Source: Dehalococcoidia bacterium | Lineage (GTDB): Bacteria; Chloroflexota; Dehalococcoidia; Bin125 | DNA: 64,000 bases | NCBI GenBank assembly: GCA_963663235.2 | Contig: CAXXNO010000012.1 | Location: 407,333-471,332, forward strand | Direction: 5' to 3' | Shown: in pieces, positions 1 to 10,915 of the stretch | How positions within the stretch are numbered: the stretch's first letter is position 1 | How the letters are laid out: each line of letters starts with the position of its first letter | Notes under the pieces: model-generated | Seen by the model: the letters and a program-made list of their open reading frames with translations, nothing else | Databases searched by the model: none | Told to the model about the DNA's origin: nothing | Translations under genes and position numbers: made by a program

Positions 1-705
1 GTTCAACGCCCCCTCTACGTGGATTCGCAACTCCTCCATCCGACCCTGCACGGCCAGCGACGTCATCGAGACGATGCTGCGGTCCCGACGCGAGAGCTGC
101 GGTCGCGCCCACACCTCGCCGAGGAGGTAGTTGAGCGTCAGCGGCGCGAAGCGGCCGAACCGTTGGTCCAAGCCCTCCAGGTACGCGCTCTCCGCCTCCG
201 CGCCCGAGGCCAGGTCCCGCAGCGTGCGGGCCACGTCCAACCCGTCGCGACGGCGCTGCGCGTCGTCCTTGCGCTCGGCCGGCTCGTGCGCGGGCTGCTC
301 CTTGCCGCCGTCGAGCGCCTTGAACACCTCCTGCACCTCGCGGAACGAGCCGATGGCGCGGGGGAAGCCGGCATAGGCGCTGAGGTGGACCAGCACCTCC
401 TCCACTTCCTCGCGCGTCATGCCGTGGTTGAGCGCGCCGCGGGTGTGGACGCGGACCTCCATCGGCTGGCCGCCGAGCGTCACCAGCGCCGTGAGCACGA
501 CCATGCTGCGGTCCCGGCGCGAGAGGTCGGGCCGGGACCACAACTCGCCCATGGTGAAATCGCAGGCGAAGGTGCCGATAGCGCCCCAGGCGCGCTCGGT
601 GTTCTCCGCGCCGGCCTGCGCGTTGTCGACGCGTCCCGCGCGGAGCTTGGCCATGACGTCCAGGGCGGTGGCGCGTCGGTCGGCTTGGGTGGTGGGAGTA
701 GTCAT
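1..705 (-). CDS. Carboxymuconolactone decarboxylase (CMD/AhpD-like) family protein, tandem-domain, runs off window edge
   Basis: Own translation from ATG at 705 (SD AGAGGA): MTTPTTQADRR...LWSRPDLSRRDRSMVVL...HTRGALNHGMTREEVEEVLVHLSAYAGFPRA...VWARPQLSRRDRS; paralog of 1340-2155; absent from ORF track because its stop lies outside the window. Confidence 0.88.
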   Translation of the reverse strand, partial: MTTPTTQADRRATALDVMAKLRAGRVDNAQAGAENTERAWGAIGTFACDFTMGELWSRPDLSRRDRSMVVLTALVTLGGQPMEVRVHTRGALNHGMTREEVEEVLVHLSAYAGFPRAIGSFREVQEVFKALDGGKEQPAHEPAERKDDAQRRRDGLDVARTLRDLASGAEAESAYLEGLDQRFGRFAPLTLNYLLGEVWARPQLSRRDRSIVSMTSLAVQGRMEELRIHVEGALN

Positions 706-749
706 GGTCAGATCCTCTCTCGCAGTGGCGAAATCTATCTGAGCATCCC

Positions 750-1340
750 TTATGTGGCGGCTACCTGCTCGCCCATTCCCAGGAAGTTCCGCAGCAGGTC
801 GTGCCCCACCGAGGTCATGATGCTCTCGGGGTGGAACTGCACGCCCTCTAGGGCGTAGCGCACGTGCCGCAGCCCCATTAGGACGCCCGAGTCCGACCAG
901 GCCGTGGGCAGAATCTCCTTCGGCAGCGTGTCCGGGTCGACCGTCAGGCTGTGGTAGCGCGTGGCCTCGAACGGGTTGGACAGGCCCGCGTAGACGCTCT
1001 TGCCGTCGTGGCTGATCGGGCTGGTCTTGCCGTGCCTGATCTCGCCCGCCCCGACGATCTCCGCCCCGAACGCCGCCCCGATGCACTGGTGCCCCAGGCA
1101 GACGCCCAGGATCGGCGTGCGCCCGGCGAAGCGCCGCACCAGCTCGACGCTGATGCCTGCCTCCTTGGGCGTCTTGGGCCCGGGCGAAATGACGATCCGC
1201 TCCGGCGCCATCGACTCGACCTCATCCAGCGTGACTTGATCGTTGCGACGCACGGTCACATCGGCGCCCAGCTCTGCCAGGTACTGGTAGAGGTTGTAGG
1301 TGAAGGAGTCGTAATTATCGATGAGCAGAAGCCCGGCCAT
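750..1340 (-). CDS. trpG: Anthranilate synthase component II (glutamine amidotransferase)
   Basis: IDNYDSFTYNL, ISPGP, GVCLGHQ, TRYHSL, GVQFHPES motifs; downstream of trpE. Confidence 0.93.
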   Translation of the reverse strand: MAGLLLIDNYDSFTYNLYQYLAELGADVTVRRNDQVTLDEVESMAPERIVISPGPKTPKEAGISVELVRRFAGRTPILGVCLGHQCIGAAFGAEIVGAGEIRHGKTSPISHDGKSVYAGLSNPFEATRYHSLTVDPDTLPKEILPTAWSDSGVLMGLRHVRYALEGVQFHPESIMTSVGHDLLRNFLGMGEQVAAT

Positions 1341-2155
1341 CAGCCACCCTTGTCAATCTCGGCGAAGATCTCGCGCACCTTCTGGTACCCGGTGACGGCG
1401 GTCGGCCAGCCGGCGTAGGCCAGCAGGTGCACCATCACCTCTTCGATCTCCTCGCGGGTCAGGCCGTGGTTCAGCGCCCCGCGCACGTGGGTGGGGAACT
1501 GGCCCGTGCGGCCCAGGACGGTCAGCACCGACAGCGTGACCAGGCTGCGGTCCCGACGCGAGAGCTGCGGCCGCGCCCACACCTCACCGAAGAGGTACTG
1601 GATGGTGGGCTCCGCCAGCGGCCCCATCCGCTTCTCCATTTTCTCCGCGTCGGCTTCGGGGTCGGACCAGCCCATGAGCGTTTTCAGCACGTCGAGGCCG
1701 TCACGACGGCGCTCTTCGTCGCTCTTGCGCGCGGCCGGTTCGTGCGGCGGTAGCTCTCCGCCTTCGTACTCCGTGAGTCCCTTCTGCACGGTGCGGATGG
1801 CCGCGAGCGCGCGAGGGAAGCCAGCGTAGGCGCTCACGTGCGTGACGACCTCCTCCACTTGCTCGCGGGTGAGCCCGTGGTTGAGCGCGCCCTGCGTGTG
1901 TACCTTCAGCTCTTTGTCCGCTCCGATGGTGATCAACGCCGCGAGGACGATAAGGCTGCGGTCGCGACGGGGGAGCTGCGGTCGCGCCCAGATGTCCGCC
2001 AGCACGAAGTCGATGGTGAACGAGCCGGTTGCGCCCCAGAGATCTTCCGTGTGCTTGAGGCCGCCCTCCACGTCCTTGAGACGGTCGCCGCGCAGCTTGC
2101 GCAAGCCGTCCACGGCCAGCTGGCGTCGTTCAGCGTGAGTCAAACCGGTGGTCAT
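1340..2155 (-). CDS. Carboxymuconolactone decarboxylase family protein, two CMD domains
   Basis: Two copies of W(A)RPQLxRRDRSL...HxxGALNHGLTRExxEE...YAG(F/W)P; no CxxC; stop overlaps trpG start (TGATG). Confidence 0.9.
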   Translation of the reverse strand: MTTGLTHAERRQLAVDGLRKLRGDRLKDVEGGLKHTEDLWGATGSFTIDFVLADIWARPQLPRRDRSLIVLAALITIGADKELKVHTQGALNHGLTREQVEEVVTHVSAYAGFPRALAAIRTVQKGLTEYEGGELPPHEPAARKSDEERRRDGLDVLKTLMGWSDPEADAEKMEKRMGPLAEPTIQYLFGEVWARPQLSRRDRSLVTLSVLTVLGRTGQFPTHVRGALNHGLTREEIEEVMVHLLAYAGWPTAVTGYQKVREIFAEIDKGG

Positions 2156-2175
2156 CGTTCGTCCTCCCTCTGTCG

Positions 2176-3651
<1,476 letters not shown>

Positions 3652-3664
3652 CGCGTCCCCGTGG

Positions 3665-3705
3665 AAATGAAAACCGCGCCCAACCCACGAAGGGGCGGAG
3701 CGCGG
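3665..3705 (-). terminator. Intrinsic terminator of the T-box leader
   Basis: CCGCGC-TCCGCCCCTTCGTGGGTTGG-GCGCGG followed by TTTTCATTT on the minus strand. Confidence 0.8.
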
Positions 3706-3962
3706 CCGCGGTGCCACCCTTCTTTCCCTCCCAAAGGCGGAAGGACACTCATGGCAGGGACGGCGGTCAATCCCTTCGCAAGGGACGGAGCTCAATCCCC
3801 TCGGCCTTGATAACGGAGCCGTACCGGCTGCGCCTACTGCTCCCTGCGGAGGTTCGGGCAGCGACTCCCGGGCCCATTCCCCGCCCGCGCAACCGCCGGT
3901 CTCTCAGCTATGGCCGGCTCTCTGAAGGTTCGCTTGAGCGGGTACTCTTCCCGTTCACAGTC
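3665..3962 (-). promoter_or_regulatory. T-box riboswitch with tryptophan specifier (UGG)
   Basis: Minus strand: AGTA, AGAGAG and GCTGAGA stem I motifs; GAA-TGG-G specifier (3874-3876); CCGTTATC motif; T-box AAGGGTGGCACCGCGG (3706-3721); then GC hairpin with TTTTCATTT. Confidence 0.92.
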
Positions 3963-4031
3963 GATCGGCTATTCAATTGTCCATCGACGGTACGCGCGGG
4001 CGGAACAGCCTGTCAATCACGGCCGCAACGG

Positions 4032-4631
4032 TCAGACCTCCGGCAGCGATCGACGGGTGTCGGCGCGCTCCCGGCGCAGGATCGTCAACAGCTCCTCCAC
4101 TGCCACCTCCTCCTTTCCGTCGCGGTTCACGATCACGTAGTCAAACAGGCCGGCCTGGGCCATCTCCGCCGGGGCGGCGGCCAAGCGGCGTTGGAGCTCT
4201 ACCTCGGAGTCGACGTTGCGGCCGCGGATGCGACGCTCCAGCGTGCCGTGATCAGGCGCGGTGACGAAGACCAGCAGCGCACCGGGGACCCGCTCGCGGA
4301 GGGTACGGGCGCCCTGAAGGTCGGTGCGGGCGACGACGGTCCGCCCCGCGGTCAGCGCCGCCCGGACCGGAGCGCGGGGCACGCCGCTCCGGTGGCCGTA
4401 GACCTCGGCGTGTTCCAGGAACTCCCCGGCGGCGACCATCGCGTCGAACTGTGCGTCCGAGAGAAAGAGATGGTGGACGCCGTCCTGCTCGCCGGGGCGG
4501 GGCGGTCGGGTCTTGGCTGTGGCGACGCGGACGCTGTTGGGATCGCGCTCAAGCAGCGCCGTCAACAACGTGTCCTTGCCAACGCCGGAGGGACCGGAGA
4601 GCACCACGAAGAGCGGCCGCTCACTCCCCAT
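4032..4631 (-). CDS. gmk: Guanylate kinase
   Basis: LSGPSGVGKDT P-loop, TRPPRPGEQDG, EFLEHAEVYG, FDYVIVN. Confidence 0.93.
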   Translation of the reverse strand: MGSERPLFVVLSGPSGVGKDTLLTALLERDPNSVRVATAKTRPPRPGEQDGVHHLFLSDAQFDAMVAAGEFLEHAEVYGHRSGVPRAPVRAALTAGRTVVARTDLQGARTLRERVPGALLVFVTAPDHGTLERRIRGRNVDSEVELQRRLAAAPAEMAQAGLFDYVIVNRDGKEEVAVEELLTILRRERADTRRSLPEV

Positions 4632-4884
4632 CGTCGAGAGCGCGCTCGCCGGCGAGGCGGCGGGCGATGGTCTCCGGCGCGATCGCCGCCGGCACCACGT
4701 GACCGCTGTCCATCACCACCACGGCCTTGGTGCGGCGGCCACTGGTCAGATCGATAATGCGCCCCAAGCTCTTGCCCTCCTGAACGAGACGCTTCGTCGG
4801 CGCTGCGTCGGGCGCGGCCACCGCAACGATGTGGTTCACCGTCAAGACGTTCCCGAAGCCCACGGGCACCGACTCGGTCTGCAT
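4621..4884 (-). CDS. remA: DUF370 / RemA-family protein
   Basis: VGFGNV...IVAV...KRLVQE...IIDLTSGRRTKAVVVMDSGHVV..AIAPETIARR; conserved position upstream of gmk. Confidence 0.85.
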   Translation of the reverse strand: MQTESVPVGFGNVLTVNHIVAVAAPDAAPTKRLVQEGKSLGRIIDLTSGRRTKAVVVMDSGHVVPAAIAPETIARRLAGERALDDGE

Positions 4885-4907
4885 GACGCTCCGATCGCCC
4901 GCAAGGC

Positions 4908-6215
4908 TCAGGCCAGAGTGGCCGCACCGGCCAAGCTCTGGAAGTCCGACCAGAATGCCGCGTAGGAGACGTTCACCGCGTCTTCGCCGTGCAGCTCCGT
5001 CTCGCCCTCGGCGGCGAGAGCGGCAACGGCCAGGGCCATGGCCAGCCGGTGATCGCCCTGGGAGTCGACGCGCGCGCCCTGCAGCCGCTCTTTCCCTTCG
5101 ATGACCAGCCCGTCGGGTCGCTCCTCTATCCGGGCCCCCAGCGCCCGTAATCCCGCCGCCGTCGCGGCGATGCGATCGGATTCCTTGACTCGCAGCTCGG
5201 CGGCGTCGCGGATCTCAGTGATCCCGTCCGCGAGGGCCGCCGCCACCGCCAGCACCGGCAGCTCATCGATGGTGCGCGGGATCAACTCGCCGGCGATCGT
5301 CGTGCCCCGCAGCGACGCCGAGCGCACGGTGAGGTCGGCCACCGGCTCGCCGGCAACGGTGCGTTCGCCGGAGACCGCGATGTCGGCGCCCATCGCTCGC
5401 AGCACCTCAATCACGCCAGCGCGGGTCGGGTTGATCCCAACCGCCGGCAGCTCGATCTCCGACTCCGGTGTGATGCTGCCGGCCACCAGCCAGAACGCCG
5501 CCGCGCTGAGATCGCCGGGCACGTCCACGTCGACGGGACGGAGTGCATCGCCGGGCGGTTCGATGCGGACGGCTCGCCCGGTCCGCGTCAGCGCCACGCC
5601 CATCGCGCCGAGAAGGATTTCGGTGTGGTCGCGCGTGGGCACGGGCTCCGCGACCGTGCTGGGGCCGGACGCCGCCAGTGCCGCGAGGAGGACAGCGCTC
5701 TTAACCTGCGCGCTGGCCACCTCAAGGCCGCCCTGGAAGGGCCGCAAGGCGCCGCCGCGCACCGTGATGGGGGCGAGCGTGCGGCCGGCCCGCCCATCGA
5801 CACGGGCTCCCATCGACGCGAGCGGCTGCAGGACGCGATCCATGGGGCGGCGGCGCAGCGACGCGTCGCCGTCGAGGACGGTGAGGGCATCAAGGCCCGC
5901 CGCGACCCCGGCGACCAGGCGCATGGTGGTCCCGCTGTTGCCGCAATCGACAGGACCGGCAGCCTCGTGCAAGCGACGCCGGCCTGGACTGCGAACCAGC
6001 ACCGTCGCTCCGTCGTCCACTCGTTCGACTGAGACGCCGAGCGCAGTCATCGCGCCGATCGAGGCCAGAGTGTCAGCGGCGGCGGAGAAGCCTCGGACGC
6101 GGGCGTCACCGCGCGCGAGGCCGTTCAGGATTACGGCGCGATGAGAGATCGACTTGTCGCCGGGAACGCACAGCCTGCCGCGCAAGCGCGAGGCCGGCGA
6201 GAGGCGAACGGTCAT
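4908..6215 (-). CDS. aroA: 3-phosphoshikimate 1-carboxyvinyltransferase (EPSP synthase)
   Basis: PGDKSISHRA, GNSGTTMRL, SAQVKSA, RDHTE, ELRVKESDRI, DHRLAM. Confidence 0.96.
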   Translation of the reverse strand: MTVRLSPASRLRGRLCVPGDKSISHRAVILNGLARGDARVRGFSAAADTLASIGAMTALGVSVERVDDGATVLVRSPGRRRLHEAAGPVDCGNSGTTMRLVAGVAAGLDALTVLDGDASLRRRPMDRVLQPLASMGARVDGRAGRTLAPITVRGGALRPFQGGLEVASAQVKSAVLLAALAASGPSTVAEPVPTRDHTEILLGAMGVALTRTGRAVRIEPPGDALRPVDVDVPGDLSAAAFWLVAGSITPESEIELPAVGINPTRAGVIEVLRAMGADIAVSGERTVAGEPVADLTVRSASLRGTTIAGELIPRTIDELPVLAVAAALADGITEIRDAAELRVKESDRIAATAAGLRALGARIEERPDGLVIEGKERLQGARVDSQGDHRLAMALAVAALAAEGETELHGEDAVNVSYAAFWSDFQSLAGAATLA

Positions 6216-7180
6216 GCCGGCCCGCCCAAGCGTCGCAGCCGCTCGTATAGCCGCCCGCCGAACAGCATGCCGCCGACTTGTGATCCGACCGATGGCAACT
6301 CCGCCTGCTGACGATCCGCGTCGGACTCAGCGGACTCGAAGCTCCTTCGATCTCGCTGCGCGCCGGCGAACTCGCGCTCGATCTCCTCTCGCGGGCGGTC
6401 CAGGAGATCACGGAACCGCTGGAGCTCCGCGACGTAGCGGTCAATCCAGTACTGCACGTTCTCGCGATTGGTGACGGCGATGTCCGCGGCCATCCGCGGG
6501 TCGCCGGAGGCTAATCGTGTCAGGTCACGATAGGCCGGCCCCGAGATGCGGGCGAAGTCATCCCAGCCAGGGCTGCGACGCAGCAGCGTGAAGAGAGCGG
6601 TGGAGGCCGTCAGCGGCAAGTGGCTCACCGCCGCGACTAGACGGTCGTGCTCGTCGGCGTCGATGAAAAGCTCGCGCGCGCCAATACTCCGCACCAGACT
6701 GGATACCGAGTCCACGGCGGCACTTGAGGCGGTAGCCGCCGGCACCAGCGCATAGGGACGGTCGCGGAAGAGATCGGCGTCGGCATTGGCGATGCCCTGA
6801 TCGCTCTTGCCGGCCATCGGATGACCGCCCACATAGGAGACGGTCTCCGGCAGCAGCCGCTCGGCCCACTCCATCACCCGAGACTTGGTGGACGCGGTAT
6901 CTGTCACGGCCGCGCCGTGGGCCAGACGGCCCGCGATCCGCTGGAACACGCTCTCCATTGCGAGAGGAGGCACGGCAACAATCACAAGGGCCGCGCCCTG
7001 GACCGCAGACTCCGGCGACTCCACGGCCGTGTCCACGGCGCCCAGACGGCGGGCGTCTTGCATGACGTCCTGGTCCGTATCGAACCCGACGACTTCGAGA
7101 TCTTCACGACCCTGCGCCCTGATGGCGAGCCCAAGCGAGCCGCCGATCAGCCCCAAGCCGACGATCGTGATGCGGGCCAT
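6212..7180 (-). CDS. tyrA: Prephenate/arogenate dehydrogenase
   Basis: GLGLIGGS, TDTASTK, GGHPMAG, EHDRLVAAVSHLP, RDLTRLASGDP; 4-bp overlap with aroA. Confidence 0.93.
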   Translation of the reverse strand: MARITIVGLGLIGGSLGLAIRAQGREDLEVVGFDTDQDVMQDARRLGAVDTAVESPESAVQGAALVIVAVPPLAMESVFQRIAGRLAHGAAVTDTASTKSRVMEWAERLLPETVSYVGGHPMAGKSDQGIANADADLFRDRPYALVPAATASSAAVDSVSSLVRSIGARELFIDADEHDRLVAAVSHLPLTASTALFTLLRRSPGWDDFARISGPAYRDLTRLASGDPRMAADIAVTNRENVQYWIDRYVAELQRFRDLLDRPREEIEREFAGAQRDRRSFESAESDADRQQAELPSVGSQVGGMLFGGRLYERLRRLGGPA

Positions 7181-7329
7181 TGGCGCTCTTCCTCAAGGGA
7201 ACGACGCTACCACGACGGCGACACGCATGCGGAAGCGATCAAGCCAAGTGGTGCGGCTGCGAAGGAGTATAGCATCGGTCCAGCCGGGTCCCCGCGCGCT
7301 TCGCCCGCGTGCGCCGTCACGACGTCGGC

Positions 7330-7357
7330 TTGACCGACCCTTGAGCGATGCTAGAGT
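7330..7357 (+). promoter_or_regulatory. Putative sigma70-type promoter
   Basis: TTGACC-N16-TAGAGT with extended TG, in the divergent intergenic region. Confidence 0.4.
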
Positions 7358-7407
7358 CGACGGGCTCTCGAAAGAGGCGGGATCCGGCGGGGTTTACGCG
7401 GACGTCC

Positions 7408-8538
7408 ATGCGTCTGACCGTAACGCGAGCCCGGTCAATCGGTGCTGCGGGCCTGCTCACGGCAGCAGCCGTGAGCGCTGTGCTACTCGCGAGTCCTTGG
7501 GACGACCGCGGAGCACGGGCTGGGTCCACTGGGCCGGACCGCGGCGCGCTTCTGATTAGCGAGTTCCATCCCAACGCCAGCAACCTCTACTTGATCGATC
7601 CATCCGATCTGGCCTCGCGCACACCGTACTTGGACGTGCCCCATGCCACAGGCTGGGAGATCATCGGGGCGCTAGCTCCCGATGGCACGCGGTTCGCCTA
7701 CCTGGTCCTGCCCCCCGGCACATACGACCCGTCGACGCAGGCGCAGCTGGCGCTGCGCGACCACAACGGTCTGCGCGTCCTGGCGGATCGGCTGGATCTC
7801 GGGGGTGGGCTGGTCTGGAGTGCGGACGGCTCTGCTCTCTACGCTCGACGAACCGCTGCGGACGGGGTCCATCAGTCGCTGATTGAGGTTGACGCCGAGC
7901 ATGGAGAGACCCGGACCCGGTTCGAGGGCGGAGAGAGCCTCAGCCTCTACGCCGTGGGGCGACCGGCGGACGGGCCGCTCTACGTCGTCGTCATCGGGTC
8001 GAACGGCAGCAAACTCGTCGCGCTCGACGGCAGCGGCCGGCCGGCGCGCTCGCTCTCTCTCTCGAGCGGCGTCACCCGCGACTGGGCGCTGTCAGCGGAT
8101 GGGGCACACTTGGCCTTCACGGAGCAGCAGGGCCTGCAGCTCCACGTCCGTGTCGTCTCGCTTCGAGACGACACCCCCACCCTCTCGGTCGCGAGCGCCA
8201 TCGCCGCCGCACCGACGGCGGGGAGCGGCTCTGCCGCGCCGCTCTGGCATCCAGATGGATCGCTGAGCGTGGGGACCTTCGGCGCAAAGGACAGCTCGTC
8301 CGTCCTGCGGGTGCAGGCCGCGGGCGCAGCGGAGGTCGACGTGCGACCAGCGAGCGGCTTCGCGCTGCCCGTGGCCTGGTCCGCCGATGGTCGTCGCTTG
8401 GCGCTGCGGGCGTTCACGGGACGAGGGCCGGGCGATGTGGGTCAGGAGCGGGCGGCGCTCATCGGCCCAGACGGCCAGCTCCATACGATCGAGGGGGAGT
8501 TCATTCGCGTGCTGGGCTGGTGGTATGGCGGGGACTAG
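7408..8538 (+). CDS. Secreted TolB/PD40-like beta-propeller protein
   Basis: N-terminal hydrophobic signal; repeated (W/L)SxDG and PDG blade motifs. Confidence 0.7.
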   Translation: MRLTVTRARSIGAAGLLTAAAVSAVLLASPWDDRGARAGSTGPDRGALLISEFHPNASNLYLIDPSDLASRTPYLDVPHATGWEIIGALAPDGTRFAYLVLPPGTYDPSTQAQLALRDHNGLRVLADRLDLGGGLVWSADGSALYARRTAADGVHQSLIEVDAEHGETRTRFEGGESLSLYAVGRPADGPLYVVVIGSNGSKLVALDGSGRPARSLSLSSGVTRDWALSADGAHLAFTEQQGLQLHVRVVSLRDDTPTLSVASAIAAAPTAGSGSAAPLWHPDGSLSVGTFGAKDSSSVLRVQAAGAAEVDVRPASGFALPVAWSADGRRLALRAFTGRGPGDVGQERAALIGPDGQLHTIEGEFIRVLGWWYGGD

Positions 8539-9913
8539 GCGCGCGCTGCTTGTCTTCGCGCTGGCAGGGTTGCTCGGATCGCTCGCCGTGGCCGCGCTTC
8601 TATCCCCGGAGACGCACGGGCAGTCGCCCGCTTGCCCCTTCGGCGGCGGCCCGTCGTTCGACATCCATACGTACGAGGCGGCGCGTGACCGGCAAGTCTA
8701 CCTCCTGACGCAGCGCCTCTCCGCGGCGGACCAGCTCTTTCCCGGCCTCCCAACCTTCGCCTTGCCTCAGATCCTGACGGGCCAGGCGGACAACCGCACG
8801 CCACTACAGAACGGGACGATCCCGGCGGAGATCTTGCACGCGATCGGCTGGATCGAGAGCAACATGATCCAGGCAGCCCGCCACGTGCCCTTCGAAAGCA
8901 TCGGTGAGGCGCTGATCTCGCCCGACTGCGGTTACGGCATCATGCAAGTGACCTCGTACTTCAACCACGACGGTGGCGTCCCCTCTCGCGATGAGGGGCT
9001 GGTCGGCGCGCACTATGCGAACAACATCGCGGCCGGCGCGCAGATCCTGGTCGAGAAGTGGAACTCGGACTTCTTCCCGGTTGTCGGGCAGGGCAATCCC
9101 AACGTGATCGAATCCTGGTACTACGCCCTCTGGGGCTACAACGGTTGGTCGTTCCGGAACCACCCCGTCGGTGCAGAAGTGGACCCGTTCCGCGCTTTGC
9201 CGTTTTCCTGCGATGGGCCGCGCAACGGCTACGCCTACCAGGAATTGGTGCTGGGATGCATGCAGAACCCGCCCGGCGTTGACGATCTGCGTCTCTGGAA
9301 CGCCCGTCCGGTCCAACTTCCGAATCTCGCCGCCCTGGCCGTGCCGGGTGGGCCGCTGGATCCGGACGTCTACTTCGCGGGGTGGGATACGGTGTTCAGC
9401 GCGCCGTTCACCGGCGCCGATGCGAGTACCCCGTTCCGGGCCATGGCGATGCCCCTTCCCCCGGGCGCCACGCCGATCCCGCCCAACTCAATGAGCGTCC
9501 CGAGCGCCGCGACGGCCCGAGAACAAGTGCTGGGCGCCCCGGTGCTCGCGCTCGAGACCCGCGAGGTGCGCATCAGTGTCACCGACGACCGCATCGAGTT
9601 GGGGGCGATCACCATCAGCAACAGCGGCCAGGGATTGTTGGTCTATCGCGTGGTCGCGGACGTGCCTTGGATTGAGATCGACATTGTTGTAGGCGTCGCG
9701 GCGGGCGCCGACGTGCCGTTGCGAGATGGATTGCGGCGTAGCGCTACCATTACCGTGCGACCCGATGCGGAAGGGCTGGTGGCCGGCATTTACCACGGCA
9801 CAATCAGCATTGAAGCGCTGTTGCCGGACGGCGGCATCCGGATCGAGACAGTGAGCGTCGAGCTGGACAAGGAGGGCGTCCCTAGCTACGAGGCCGGGAC
9901 GCCCATCAGCTAG
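8525..9913 (+). CDS. Secreted lytic transglycosylase (SLT/lysozyme-like) domain protein with C-terminal Ig/BACON-like domain
   Basis: Signal peptide; AIGWIES, GYGIMQV, NIAAGAQIL, ALWGYNG motifs; C-terminal TISNSG...VPWIEI...YHGTISI. Confidence 0.72.
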   Translation: MAGTRRALLVFALAGLLGSLAVAALLSPETHGQSPACPFGGGPSFDIHTYEAARDRQVYLLTQRLSAADQLFPGLPTFALPQILTGQADNRTPLQNGTIPAEILHAIGWIESNMIQAARHVPFESIGEALISPDCGYGIMQVTSYFNHDGGVPSRDEGLVGAHYANNIAAGAQILVEKWNSDFFPVVGQGNPNVIESWYYALWGYNGWSFRNHPVGAEVDPFRALPFSCDGPRNGYAYQELVLGCMQNPPGVDDLRLWNARPVQLPNLAALAVPGGPLDPDVYFAGWDTVFSAPFTGADASTPFRAMAMPLPPGATPIPPNSMSVPSAATAREQVLGAPVLALETREVRISVTDDRIELGAITISNSGQGLLVYRVVADVPWIEIDIVVGVAAGADVPLRDGLRRSATITVRPDAEGLVAGIYHGTISIEALLPDGGIRIETVSVELDKEGVPSYEAGTPIS

Positions 9914-9938
9914 GCGCACTCCAGCGAGGAGTTCGGCG

Positions 9939-10427
9939 ATGATGGCAAACGGCGTCCGCGCGGTGCGGCGCAACCACGCCCTGGAGCACGCAACGGTGGC
10001 CGTCCTGCTGAGCCGGCGCGGTCCGGGGCTGCGGCTGATCGGGCGGGCGGCGCCGGACGGCTTCTACATCTTCGGAGGCCTGGCCGCGGACGAACTAGCC
10101 GATGCGGCGGCAGAGGCGCTGGCGCGTTTGCAACGCGGCGAGTCGGACCTCGCGGTGTCCCCGCTCTGCGGAACCAACCTCGCCGTGGCGGGACTCCTGG
10201 CCGGGCTAGCCTCGCTGTTGGTGCTGGGATCCGGGGACCGCTGGGAGCGGCTGCCGAGCGTCCTCACCAGCGCCTTGATGGCGGTGGTCGCGGCCCAGCC
10301 GCTAGGGCGCTCCGTCCAACGCCACGTGACGACGTCTGCCGATCTCCGGACTACACGAATCACCGGGGTCCGAGAGGGGGGCAGCGGCAGACGCCGCTAC
10401 CTGAAGATCGAAACCGCGTCGCGATAG
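9939..10427 (+). CDS. DUF6391-like membrane protein
   Basis: RRNHALEHAT...ALARLQRGE..LAVSPLCGTN...QRHVTT pattern recalled from Chloroflexota proteins. Confidence 0.65.
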   Translation: MMANGVRAVRRNHALEHATVAVLLSRRGPGLRLIGRAAPDGFYIFGGLAADELADAAAEALARLQRGESDLAVSPLCGTNLAVAGLLAGLASLLVLGSGDRWERLPSVLTSALMAVVAAQPLGRSVQRHVTTSADLRTTRITGVREGGSGRRRYLKIETASR

Positions 10428-10464
10428 ACTGACGGCAGACTGGCGGTGCGCGGACGGTACGTCA

Positions 10465-10541
10465 GCCCCCGTAGCTCAACCGGACAGAGCAGCGGCTTTC
10501 TAATCCGCAGGTTGCAGGTTCGAGTCCTGCCGGGGGCGCCA
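10465..10541 (+). tRNA. tRNA-Arg, anticodon TCT
   Basis: GCCCCCG acceptor pairs with CGGGGGC; D-arm TAGCTCAACCGGACAGAGC; loop TTTCTAA; GGTTCGAGTCC T-arm; encoded CCA. Confidence 0.95.
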
Positions 10542-10661
10542 TTTTCCCCATCTGGTGGAGGGCGGCGCAGTGAAGCCGCCCAGGGCCCATTCGGGCGGCG
10601 TGACAGCCACGTTGACAGCCAGGGGGGAGGGTCTGCGATCTTAGCAGGCGAGGTCACGCCG

Positions 10662-10856
10662 ATGCCTAACGCCTTCTCCGTCTGGCTGCGCGCCCAGCGC
10701 CAACGCCTCGGGCTCTCGCAACGCGCGATGGCCCAGACGCTCGGCATCCACCGTCGCACCTACGTCCGCTGGGAGGTCGAACGCACCGAACACGAACGCC
10801 TCGTCACCCTCGCCGTCAAGCAACTCGTCCAGGAACGCACGGCACCCCCGTCCTGA
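10662..10856 (+). CDS. Small XRE-family helix-turn-helix protein
   Basis: LRAQRQRLGLSQRAMAQTLGIHRRTYVRWE; SD GAGGT upstream of ATG 10662. Confidence 0.75.
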   Translation: MPNAFSVWLRAQRQRLGLSQRAMAQTLGIHRRTYVRWEVERTEHERLVTLAVKQLVQERTAPPS

Positions 10857-10915
10857 GCCACGAGCAAGGACACCGCCACGGCCACGCCGCCGGAGCGAAC
10901 GGAAGGAACGCAAGC

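Noticed and set aside
19-858. Long plus-strand ORF, and the many similar antisense or alternate-frame ORFs across the window
   Set aside because: Shadow ORFs expected at high GC; they overlap genes with clear family motifs and have Arg/Pro/Ala-rich non-protein-like composition
3652-3795. N-terminal extension of the trpE ORF
   Set aside because: Overlaps the T-box antiterminator and terminator; the real start is ATG 3651
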